Below, piece after piece: positions 1 to 7,681 of a stretch of 64,000 nt of DNA. Made by a program: the position numbers and the translations under genes. Source of the stretch: Clostridia bacterium (GTDB lineage Bacteria; Bacillota; Clostridia; UBA1381; UBA9506); contig JAZNRE010000005.1 of the NCBI GenBank assembly GCA_045590535.1, positions 8,485 through 72,484 of the forward strand. The letters are read 5' to 3'. The notes beneath the pieces were generated by a model. That model was not told where the DNA came from and ran no database searches. It saw only the letters and a program-made list of their open reading frames with translations. The first letter of the stretch is position 1. Every line of letters begins with the position of its first letter.

Positions 1-517
1 CAGTGCATTGGCCTTTGGCGTGATTGTGGCCTCTTTGGCAGGGGGCATGAACACCGATGTGCACAACTATATGTTTGGCAGCATTCTGGCCATGAGCCAG
101 GGGGATGTGGTTTTAAGTGTTATCCTATCCCTTGCGGTGCTTTTGCTCTTTGTTGTGTTTTACCACGACATTTTTGCTGTCACCTTTGATGAGGCCTTTG
201 CCCGCGCCACAGGCATGCGAGTGCGACTTTACAATATGTTAATTGCACTGCTCACTGCCGTAACAATTGTGGTTGGCATGCGAATGATGGGCGCCATGCT
301 CATGTCCAGTCTGATTATTTTCCCGGCGCTGACGGCCATGCGCTTGTTTAAAAGCTTTAAGGCTGTTGTGCTGTGTGCCGCTGTTTCGAGCCTTTCTTGC
401 TTCTTCATTGGCATGCTGCTTTCCTTCTTTTTCTCTGTTCCCACCGGGGCATGCATTGTGGCTGTGAGTTTGTGCTTGTTTCTTTTGTTTTCACTTATTG
501 CAAAAATTAAATCTTAA
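1..517 (+). CDS. Metal ABC transporter permease (ABC-3 / ZnuB-MntB type), 5' end cut by the window edge
   Basis: The reading frame is open to the left edge. The sequence is very hydrophobic and multi-TM, with FGSILAMS and LIIFPALTA segments typical of ABC-3 permeases. A hairpin terminator follows. Confidence 0.75.
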   Translation, partial: SALAFGVIVASLAGGMNTDVHNYMFGSILAMSQGDVVLSVILSLAVLLLFVVFYHDIFAVTFDEAFARATGMRVRLYNMLIALLTAVTIVVGMRMMGAMLMSSLIIFPALTAMRLFKSFKAVVLCAAVSSLSCFFIGMLLSFFFSVPTGACIVAVSLCLFLLFSLIAKIKS

Positions 518-560
518 ATTAAAACTCAAGCCTGCAAAAAACAAGCGGGGGTTTTTGCGT

Positions 561-604
561 AAAAAAGCCGTCGTTTTTCTGTTTGAAAACGACGGCTTTT
601 TCAA
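561..604. terminator. Bidirectional intrinsic terminator between convergent genes
   Basis: AAAAAAGCCGTCGTTTT-loop-AAAACGACGGCTTTTT: a perfect GC-containing stem flanked by an A-run and a T-run. Confidence 0.7.
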
Positions 605-607
605 TTT

Positions 608-1510
608 TTATTTATTCGCTACAGCAAGCACCTGAATATAGGCATTTATATATGCAATAATGTTTTCAGCCTGTTCTTCGCAGGCGGCGGGCACATAAAA
701 CACTTCCAGGTTATCTCCGTTTTGCACCGGAAAAGCAATAATGCGTTTTTCACCGTCGACTACTTTATCGCTAATAGCTTTATCTTTAAGCAGGCTAACC
801 ACTTCAGGATTGTGCGTTACAATGTAAGGAGTTAAATCCAGCAAACCTTGTTTTAATTCTTCCGTCAATGTCCACTCTTCGTTGTTAAACACAACCACAG
901 CATCACCAGAGGCTAAACAAGCACTGGCCCAACCCTGATATTCGGCAGGCTCGGCAAAAAGACCTGCAACCTTTGCATTTGAAATAGTCGCCGCTACTTG
1001 AAAAAGCGGGACCACCTTCCCGTCAGACGGGAGCAAGATGTCAAAAACCGGACCGTCATACATGCCCACTAACACAACAGAGGCAAAAACCGTTCCGTCT
1101 TCGGCATATTCCTGATGAAAGTCAACCTGGCAGCCTACCGCTTCAGCCAAGAAGCGCACCGGCACATAAAGCTCACTGCCCACTTCGCGAGTGGTCACTG
1201 CGAGGGCAACTTCAATGCCGTTCATGATGCAGGAAGAGGCATCTTTTTTGAATACAATCGCACCGTCACCAATGGAGAAAACGCCATCCGCATAGGTATA
1301 CGGTATCGCTAAAACAGAGCAAAGGGTCTGGGCACCGGCCATTAAACGGTCATTTTCAACAAACAGCCCGTTTTCGCACTTAACCACTTCATCATACATA
1401 ATCAAATTCCAGCCGGCAGAAAGTTCAGCACCAGCAGGCACTGCTGTTTCCGCCATAACCGGCAGAGGAAGCAGGAACAGGCACAACAAAACTATACATA
1501 TTTTTTTCAT
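608..1510 (-). CDS. Secreted protein with a copper amine oxidase N-terminal-like (stalk) domain
   Basis: Signal peptide MKKICIVLLCLFLLPLPVMA. The VPVRFLAEAVGCQVDF segment is typical of the CuAO-N-like domain of clostridial surface proteins. RBS AAGGAG lies 7 nt upstream of the ATG. Confidence 0.6.
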   Translation of the reverse strand: MKKICIVLLCLFLLPLPVMAETAVPAGAELSAGWNLIMYDEVVKCENGLFVENDRLMAGAQTLCSVLAIPYTYADGVFSIGDGAIVFKKDASSCIMNGIEVALAVTTREVGSELYVPVRFLAEAVGCQVDFHQEYAEDGTVFASVVLVGMYDGPVFDILLPSDGKVVPLFQVAATISNAKVAGLFAEPAEYQGWASACLASGDAVVVFNNEEWTLTEELKQGLLDLTPYIVTHNPEVVSLLKDKAISDKVVDGEKRIIAFPVQNGDNLEVFYVPAACEEQAENIIAYINAYIQVLAVANK

Positions 1511-1583
1511 TTTCTTTCTCCTTACTGTTTATAATCCTGTGACATGAAAAACTTATTAAACAGTAAAACCATATCACATTTTT

Positions 1584-1612
1584 ATTGTAATACAATCTAA
1601 ATCCATTGTCAA
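1584..1612 (-). promoter_or_regulatory. Sigma-A type promoter (TTGACA-N17-TACAAT on the minus strand)
   Basis: The reverse complement reads TTGACA atggatttagattgtat TACAAT, about 70 nt upstream of the 1510 start codon. Confidence 0.55.
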
Positions 1613-1664
1613 GCATGAACTTTCTCATCTTAGAGCATGCCCGCTAACAAAATATAAATTGTAA

Positions 1665-1692
1665 AAACCGCCTGCCGAAAGGCAAGCGGTTT
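1665..1692 (-). terminator. Intrinsic terminator downstream of gerM
   Basis: AAACCGCCTGCC-GAAA-GGCAAGCGGTTT hairpin. On the minus strand it is followed by TTTTT. Confidence 0.6.
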
Positions 1693-1719
1693 CATTAACC
1701 ATTTCACTATTTCTTTCTT

Positions 1720-2652
1720 TTATTTTTGAATCATGCTGACATTTCGTTCAATGGGCTCGTTAAAGATCATGTGGTGATACACTTCTTTTTTCTCACCTTC
1801 AATTAAAAACTGCACCTTATCCACATTGGAAAGCTCTGTTAAAGAATTAACTATAGAATAAATGGTCAGTTGCTCGGCTGAAGAACCTACATTGTTTTTT
1901 GAAACAAATTCAGCGGATAAATTCACAAAGCAAACCTTATCCTTTGTTTCAACCGAACGAATCTTGGTCTCGGCTGGCACAGTGCGTCCGCCGTTTGCAT
2001 TTTTGGGGCCCTTAATCAGCTCACTAACCACAACCTTTTCCATAGATTCACCACGGGGCACCCGAACTCTGCGGACTTCTCTGACCAGATATTCTGCATT
2101 CATATCTGAAAAATATAAGGTGATGTCCGATTCATCGGTCATTAAGGTGTCAGCATCAAAAACCACATCCGATTCTTTTAAAACGCCTATGGGCGTTCCG
2201 TCAGCCGTTTCCATGGGTTTTCCTTCAATGGTAATCATAACCCGATCATAAACACGAACGGAGCAAAGAGATTTAACAATGGCTGCCTGCGCCAACACAT
2301 CATAAATGCTGATTTCGTGATAAAACTCTTTGGATAGGTCCACATTCACCTGGCTTCCTTCCACTTGAATGGACAAAAGCCGTGTTCCCGCCCGAACAGC
2401 CCGTGTTAAATCGGGCTTGCTGGGGCCGTCTAACAATTTTTCCATTATATATGCCGGAACATCCTCTGGGTCTTTATCTTTAATATCCAGACTTTCTGCA
2501 ATTAGGTCGGTCCCCTCTTGATTGGCAAAATACAAAATAGCCGTTTCAGGAATCCCGTCATGTGAAAGAGTGGGTGCAAGCTTTCTCAAGCTGCTGCAAC
2601 CGGTGAGCAATAACAAAACAGCTAAACACAAAATAAAGCATCTTTTTTTCAT
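1720..2652 (-). CDS. gerM: GerM-like sporulation/germination lipoprotein (two GerMN domains)
   Basis: Lipobox LLLLTGCSS. Two repeated modules are present: LLDGPSKPDLTRAV...VNVDLSKEF and LIKGPKNANGGRTV...CFVNLSAEF. The start was moved to the ATG 9 nt after GGAGG. The ORF-track start at 2718 has no RBS. Confidence 0.75.
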   Translation of the reverse strand: MKKRCFILCLAVLLLLTGCSSLRKLAPTLSHDGIPETAILYFANQEGTDLIAESLDIKDKDPEDVPAYIMEKLLDGPSKPDLTRAVRAGTRLLSIQVEGSQVNVDLSKEFYHEISIYDVLAQAAIVKSLCSVRVYDRVMITIEGKPMETADGTPIGVLKESDVVFDADTLMTDESDITLYFSDMNAEYLVREVRRVRVPRGESMEKVVVSELIKGPKNANGGRTVPAETKIRSVETKDKVCFVNLSAEFVSKNNVGSSAEQLTIYSIVNSLTELSNVDKVQFLIEGEKKEVYHHMIFNEPIERNVSMIQK

Positions 2653-2767
2653 ATTCATTACCTCCCCATTTAACCGGGCGAGCACCGCACCATCGGCAGT
2701 GCCAAACACAATCATCACATTTTGATTTTACATCAGCAGTTAAAGAAAATAACTGTTTGGCTCAGTT

Positions 2768-3070
2768 TTATCGATTTCTTTTATAGCGTTCAAGCTCTGC
2801 TTCTGCCCGGCGCAGCTGTTCGGCACACTGGGCCGCCTGTTTTTTAAGCACATCGTCTTCCTTTTTCAAGCGAAGATAATCCTCTGCCAAATTCAGTGCA
2901 GTTAAAACCGCTGTCATGGCTGTGCTCATGCCGGGGCTTGCATGATTAACCTCTTTCATTTTCCGGTCAACCAAGTCCGCAACACCTAACATGTATCCCC
3001 GCGATTCCTGGGATGCAATGGTGTAATCCTGTCCGTTAATTTTAACAATCAGTGTATTTTTATCCGCCAT
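2768..3070 (-). CDS. zapA: Cell division protein ZapA
   Basis: 100 aa. INGQDYTIASQES...VDRKMKEV...MTAVLTALNLAEDYLRLKKE followed by a coiled-coil tail matches the ZapA pattern of Firmicutes. Confidence 0.85.
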   Translation of the reverse strand: MADKNTLIVKINGQDYTIASQESRGYMLGVADLVDRKMKEVNHASPGMSTAMTAVLTALNLAEDYLRLKKEDDVLKKQAAQCAEQLRRAEAELERYKRNR

Positions 3071-3127
3071 GTGTGCCTCCCTTCTCGCCTGTGGGGCGAA
3101 AAAGTGTATTTATAAGTAAACACTCGT

Positions 3128-3619
3128 TCAGCCTAATTCACTTTCAACAATTTCATCCATCAAGGCTTCAATCTCATACTGGGTTTTCGCCTTTGCCACA
3201 ACCAGCTCACTGACCAAAATCTGCTTTGAGTTTGAAAGCATTTTTCGCTCACTGGTTGAAAGACCTTTCATTTTATCCCGCAGCATCAGATTTTTCACAA
3301 CATGCACAACCTCATAAATGTTGCCGCTTTTGATGCGGGACATGTTCTCTCTGTGTCGTTTATTCCAATTGCTGTCCATATCCGTGACAAAGCTTTTAAA
3401 TTCAGCCAAAACCTTGTCTGCCTCCTGGGCATCAATAACATCGCGCAGGCCAACCTCTTTCGCCGTTTGCATAGGCACCATCACTTTCATATCACCCACA
3501 GGAATCCGCAGGATGTAATACTGCTGCTTAACACCCATGATTTCTCGTTCTTCAATTGCTTCAATCACACCTGCACCATGCATGGGATAAACAACTTTAG
3601 AGCCTATCTGATACTGCAT
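3128..3619 (-). CDS. CarD/CdnL family transcriptional regulator
   Basis: YPMHGAGVIEAIEEREIMGVKQQYYILR is the CarD_CdnL_TRCF RNAP-interaction domain. The ATG at 3619 lies 9 nt after GGAGG. The track start at 3625 is a TTG. Confidence 0.85.
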   Translation of the reverse strand: MQYQIGSKVVYPMHGAGVIEAIEEREIMGVKQQYYILRIPVGDMKVMVPMQTAKEVGLRDVIDAQEADKVLAEFKSFVTDMDSNWNKRHRENMSRIKSGNIYEVVHVVKNLMLRDKMKGLSTSERKMLSNSKQILVSELVVAKAKTQYEIEALMDEIVESELG

Positions 3620-3678
3620 TACCAATGACCTCCATTTACCATGTTGCCCGGCAGAAATAATACAAAGTTTACATCTTT

Positions 3679-3707
3679 ATTGTAATACAATTCACAAAAA
3701 ATGTCAA
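3679..3707 (-). promoter_or_regulatory. Sigma-A type promoter of carD (TTGACA-N17-TACAAT)
   Basis: The reverse complement reads TTGACA ttttttgtgaattgtat TACAAT. The -10 context is identical over 16 nt to the promoter at 1584-1612. Confidence 0.55.
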
Positions 3708-3783
3708 GACTTAAAGAAAAAAAGCCCCTTCTTTCGTAGGTGTTTTTCTGCGCATGAATGCGGGGTTTTAACCCATGAATTAC

Positions 3784-3812
3784 TTGACATTTTTGTCATT
3801 TGTTGCTATAAT
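3784..3812 (+). promoter_or_regulatory. Consensus sigma-A promoter (TTGACA-N17-TATAAT)
   Basis: TTGACA tttttgtcatttgttgc TATAAT, 75 nt upstream of the 3888 start. Confidence 0.6.
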
Positions 3813-3887
3813 ATTTTCGGCTGCTCTTGTCTATAAAAAATTAGAACCAAAGGGCAGAACGAAAAAATTATAAAAAGGAGCTGTACG

Positions 3888-5015
3888 ATGGAGGTTATTT
3901 TTGAAAATCTCATGTTGCTCACCTGGCAACAAGTTGTCATGTGGGTCATTGGTGGTATTCTTATTTTCCTGGCAATTAAAAAGGAAATGGAACCAACCTT
4001 GCTTTTGCCCATGGGTTTTGGTGCCATTTTGGTCAATCTGCCCATGTCCGGCGCGGTTACACACTTTTTAAACGGTGTGCAAATCAGCGAAGAGGGCGCC
4101 ATTGATGTTTTATTTAATGCCGGTATCGCAAATGAACTCTTCCCCCTGCTGTTATTCATAGGTATTGGTGCTATGATTGACTTTGAGCCGATTTTATCAA
4201 ATCCCAAGCTTTTGTTCTTCGGTGCAGGTGCTCAGTTTGGTATTTTCTTTACCTTCAGCATGGCAGCTCTCTTTGGCTTCGATATTAACGATGCGGCTTC
4301 AATCGGTATTATTGGTGCTGCTGACGGCCCCACCTCGATTTTCGTTGCCAACACCTTAAAATCAAACTACATTGGTGCAATTGTGGTGGCTGCCTATTCT
4401 TACATGGCACTGGTACCCATTATACAGCCGGCTGTTATTAAGACACTGACAACCAGGAAAGAGCGCTTAATTCGCATGGAATATAAGCCCGGCTCTGTTT
4501 CACAGCCTGTTAAAATTTTATTCCCCATTGTCATTACCATTTTAGCCGGTTTGGTAGCACCTACTTCTGTTTCTTTGGTTGGCTTTTTAATGTTTGGTAA
4601 CCTGCTTCGTGAATGTGGCGTTTTAAGAGGCCTTTCTGAAACAGCTCAAAATGTTTTAGCCAATCTGATCACCCTGCTTTTAGGTCTTACCATTGCCACA
4701 AAAATGCAGGCCGAACTATTCTTAACACCGCAAACCCTGTTAATTATGGGCTTGGGCCTTTTTGCTTTTATCTTCGACACCGCAGGCGGCGTTATCTTGG
4801 CTAAAATCATTAACCTGTTTGTTAAAAAGAAAATCAATCCCATGGTTGGTGCAGCCGGCATTTCTGCTTTCCCCATGTCTGCCCGTGTTGTTCACAAAAT
4901 GGGACTGAAAGAAGACCCGCAAAACTTCTTGCTGATGCATGCAGCCGGTGCCAATGTGGCAGGTCAGATCGCTTCTGTTATTGCCGGCGGTTTGCTGCTT
5001 AGCTTATTAGGTTAG
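3888..5015 (+). CDS. Sodium ion-translocating decarboxylase beta subunit (OadB/GcdB/MmdB family)
   Basis: A 375-aa polytopic membrane protein. FNAGIANELFPLLLFIGIGAMIDF, GAADGPTSIF and GAAGISAFPMSARV are characteristic of the Na+-pumping decarboxylase beta chain. Confidence 0.85.
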   Translation: MEVIFENLMLLTWQQVVMWVIGGILIFLAIKKEMEPTLLLPMGFGAILVNLPMSGAVTHFLNGVQISEEGAIDVLFNAGIANELFPLLLFIGIGAMIDFEPILSNPKLLFFGAGAQFGIFFTFSMAALFGFDINDAASIGIIGAADGPTSIFVANTLKSNYIGAIVVAAYSYMALVPIIQPAVIKTLTTRKERLIRMEYKPGSVSQPVKILFPIVITILAGLVAPTSVSLVGFLMFGNLLRECGVLRGLSETAQNVLANLITLLLGLTIATKMQAELFLTPQTLLIMGLGLFAFIFDTAGGVILAKIINLFVKKKINPMVGAAGISAFPMSARVVHKMGLKEDPQNFLLMHAAGANVAGQIASVIAGGLLLSLLG

Positions 5016-5028
5016 GAGGAAATTTAGC

Positions 5029-5166
5029 ATGATTAATGTAAACGGTTTGCTTGAAAGTCTGCCCACCTCCGGTTTAGGCATGTTGGGTGTGTTTGTTGTA
5101 ATGGGAGCCATCTATGTGAGCATAAAGCTTTTGTGCTGGCTGATTCGCCCCAAAAAAGAGCAATAA
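5029..5166 (+). CDS. OadG-like small membrane subunit (45 aa, below the ORF-track cutoff)
   Basis: ATG lies 9 nt after GGAGG. The product is MINVNGLLESLPTSGLGMLGVFVVMGAIYVSIKLLCWLIRPKKEQ, a single TM helix with a GLGMxxVF core as in decarboxylase gamma subunits. It sits immediately after the beta subunit and before a terminator. Confidence 0.55.
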   Translation: MINVNGLLESLPTSGLGMLGVFVVMGAIYVSIKLLCWLIRPKKEQ

Positions 5167-5177
5167 AACAATGAATA

Positions 5178-5208
5178 GGGTGCAGCAAAGGCTGCACCCT
5201 TATTTTTT
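5178..5208 (+). terminator. Intrinsic terminator of the oadB-oadG unit
   Basis: GGGTGCAGC-AAAG-GCTGCACCC followed by TTATTTTTT. Confidence 0.75.
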
Positions 5209-5361
5209 ATGCTCTGTTGCTTTTACAAAGCATAAAAGCCACTGTTTTTGAATCCTTCAGCCATTTCTGCAGCGGTCTCCGTCCCTTTAGCCATGGAAGG
5301 CTATGTTCATCCGATGAGCTTTCGTAATCACCACGACTATCGAGTGGTTTTGGTTATATAA

Positions 5362-5394
5362 AAAGGCGATTCAGCATTTTGCTGAATCGCCTTT
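5362..5394 (-). terminator. Intrinsic terminator downstream of the GT2 synthase gene (usable in both directions)
   Basis: AAAGGCGATTCAGC-ATTTT-GCTGAATCGCCTTT. Confidence 0.7.
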
Positions 5395-5414
5395 ATCAAT
5401 CTTAAAATTTTGAT

Positions 5415-6674
5415 TTACGCTTTTCCCTCTAAACTGTCAATGGTGTCTGAAACATGATGCTGAATGTCTTTCCATGTAACATTTTTAAACAACGCTGTGA
5501 TGGAAATGGGAATGTAAGTCAGCATAAAGAACGGGAAAGTGAAAAACGACTTAATCTTTTTAAAAGCAGAGCAACGAATGTTTTTCCACTCATAAACGCC
5601 GCTGATAGCACCCACAAACCACAAGGTGAGATAAATGCTTAAAAAGGTTATGGCACATTCAATCACAACGGGAACAATCACTTTTGCATTAAAAATCAGG
5701 GCGTATACCAAAGCGCCCGCATTCACAACAATGGTCAAGATTGATGTAACAAACGCCGGTGCAATGGTCATTAACATGTCATAACAAGAAAAGCTCTTTC
5801 CTTGAACACAGCCCCGCAGCAGCTTGCCGCCATAGTTGTGTAAAACCTGCAAAAAGCCTTTGGACCATCTGAGGCGCTGATTCCAGGATTGCTTAAAGGT
5901 CACCGGTTGCTCATCATAAAACTGAGCGGCATCACAATAGGCTACCTTTTCTCCTCGAATTACCTGATCGGTGGTGAACTCAATATCCTCGGTCAACAGA
6001 AAATGCTTCCAGCCGTCTTGCTTTTTAATAATGTCACGGTGAACCAAAAAGCCGGTTCCGGAAACGGCACAACTGGTGCCAAGCAAGGTTCTGACGCTGT
6101 TTAAAAACCGCGCTTCTCTTAAAAACCAAAGGGAATAACCGGCACTAATCCAGTTTGTGCCATAGTTTTTGGAATTTCGGTAGCTGGTGACAATTTTGTT
6201 GCCGGCAGCAAGGCATTTATTCATCTCGGTAATATACCGGGCATTTAACAGGTTATCCGCATCAAAAATGAAATAACCGTCGTAATAATCAAGGGTCTTT
6301 GTCTTTTTAATAATGTTCAGCAAAAACTCTAAAGCAAAACCTTTACCCACATGGAGCTTATCCTGACGCTCATACACAATGGCGCCGCTTGCTTCGGCTA
6401 CCTCTTTTGTTTTGTCATCGCAATTGTCGGCCAAAACATAAATATCTAAAAGTTCAAGTGGATAGTCCTGTTTTTTAATGGAGTCAATCAATTGGCTGAT
6501 AACAGCTTCTTCATTTCGCGCGGGAATCAGCACAGCATACCGGTTTTTCGGCTCGACTTCCGGATACATCTTTGCTTTTTTAAAGCATCCGTATGCAATA
6601 TAAAACAATTGATACGAATAACAAAGAAGAAACAACGCGGCAATCGAACAGTTAAAAATGTGTAACCAAGTCAT
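5415..6674 (-). CDS. Membrane-embedded processive family-2 glycosyltransferase (PgaC/IcaA/HasA/cellulose-synthase-like)
   Basis: 419 aa with an N-terminal TM helix and 3-4 C-terminal TM helices. Motifs are VLIPARNEE, DADN, TEDIEF and QRLRWSKG (QxxRW), the signature set of processive beta-glycan synthases. Confidence 0.8.
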   Translation of the reverse strand: MTWLHIFNCSIAALFLLCYSYQLFYIAYGCFKKAKMYPEVEPKNRYAVLIPARNEEAVISQLIDSIKKQDYPLELLDIYVLADNCDDKTKEVAEASGAIVYERQDKLHVGKGFALEFLLNIIKKTKTLDYYDGYFIFDADNLLNARYITEMNKCLAAGNKIVTSYRNSKNYGTNWISAGYSLWFLREARFLNSVRTLLGTSCAVSGTGFLVHRDIIKKQDGWKHFLLTEDIEFTTDQVIRGEKVAYCDAAQFYDEQPVTFKQSWNQRLRWSKGFLQVLHNYGGKLLRGCVQGKSFSCYDMLMTIAPAFVTSILTIVVNAGALVYALIFNAKVIVPVVIECAITFLSIYLTLWFVGAISGVYEWKNIRCSAFKKIKSFFTFPFFMLTYIPISITALFKNVTWKDIQHHVSDTIDSLEGKA

Positions 6675-6785
6675 ATATATTCTCCGTAACTTTCAATCCG
6701 TATTTTTTTACTATCATTATTATTGTAATGCAAGGATATCCCATTTATGTCTTGCACAAAGGAAACAGTTCCATTTCCCTAAACA

Positions 6786-6814
6786 ATTATACACATTAAA
6801 TATCCCATAGTCAA
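6786..6814 (-). promoter_or_regulatory. Sigma-A type promoter of the GT2 synthase gene (TTGACT-N17-TATAAT)
   Basis: The reverse complement reads TTGACT atgggatatttaatgtg TATAAT. About 110 nt of 5' UTR follow. Confidence 0.5.
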
Positions 6815-7015
6815 GTATAAATTATTTTTTTATGGCAAAAGGAGAAATAATATGGCAAAAAACAAACTTTTTCCCTTTATATATTGCCCGCTTTTTTCGC
6901 ATAAAAAAAATAAAATTCTCTTTACAAAATCGTCGGTTTGTAGTATGATGAATAGGTGTGAGGGTGCCTCTATAATGGTGAGGCAGCAAAGAACAATTTT
7001 GAGCGAGGATTCACT

Positions 7016-7627
7016 ATGATTATCAATTTTGACAGAACCGCTGCATATCGTTGTCCCGGTTGCGGTGAAATTGCCTTTGGTGATTTTTCAATGTTTGAAC
7101 TTTCGGGCAACAAAAGCGTGAGTGTGCAATGCAATTGCGGCCAGTCTTCTCTTTTAATTGCACCCGAAAATAAAAATAACTACATTATAACATTACAATG
7201 CATGGTTTGTGACGACATTCACAAATTCTCACTGCCTTTTCAAAGCCTTGCAAAAAAGGACTGCACCGAATATACCTGCCCCAATGTGATGGTTGGTCTT
7301 GTTTTCATTGGTCGCAGCGAGGCGGTGCACAATGCCGTTATGCACAGTGAGCATTACATAGAAGAAGTAATTGCCGCCTGCGGCCTGGAGCACACCGGTA
7401 AAAACGGTGTAACCATGTTGAAGGCTTTGGACAAAATTCAGGAACTTTCAGACCGGGAAAAGCTTTTTTGCGAATGCGGCTCAAACATGATTGATGTGGA
7501 AGTGCAGGAAGATAACTTAATTTTAGAGTGTTGCATGTGCGGCGCTTCCGTCACCTTAACCGCTGACATGATTCGCAACAGCGATTTTTCACATTTAGAG
7601 CAGTTGATCTTAAAACGAAAGAAATAA
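7016..7627 (+). CDS. Hypothetical cysteine-rich protein with several zinc-ribbon-like CxxC pairs
   Basis: 203 aa. Cys pairs are CPGCG...CNCG, CMVCD...C..C and CECG...CCMCG. RBS GAGGA lies 6 nt upstream and a terminator lies downstream. I recognise no family. Confidence 0.6.
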   Translation: MIINFDRTAAYRCPGCGEIAFGDFSMFELSGNKSVSVQCNCGQSSLLIAPENKNNYIITLQCMVCDDIHKFSLPFQSLAKKDCTEYTCPNVMVGLVFIGRSEAVHNAVMHSEHYIEEVIAACGLEHTGKNGVTMLKALDKIQELSDREKLFCECGSNMIDVEVQEDNLILECCMCGASVTLTADMIRNSDFSHLEQLILKRKK

Positions 7628-7640
7628 TATTGTTTTTATA

Positions 7641-7673
7641 AAGGGATGCTAACCAAAAGGTTCAGCATCCCTT
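7641..7673. terminator. Bidirectional intrinsic terminator
   Basis: AAGGGATGCTAACC-AAAA-GGTTCAGCATCCCTT, followed by TTTGTTTTT. Confidence 0.65.
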
Positions 7674-7681
7674 TTTGTTTT

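Noticed and set aside
6852-7019. 56-codon ORF (MAKNKLFPFIYCPLF...) with a good AAGGAG RBS whose TGA overlaps the ATG of the Cys-rich protein gene (ATGA).
   Set aside because: The likely promoter of the downstream gene (TTTACA-N17-TATGAT, about 6911-6939) lies inside it. The peptide has no recognisable features, and the region is AT-rich promoter DNA. It is worth a conservation check but is not supportable as a gene.
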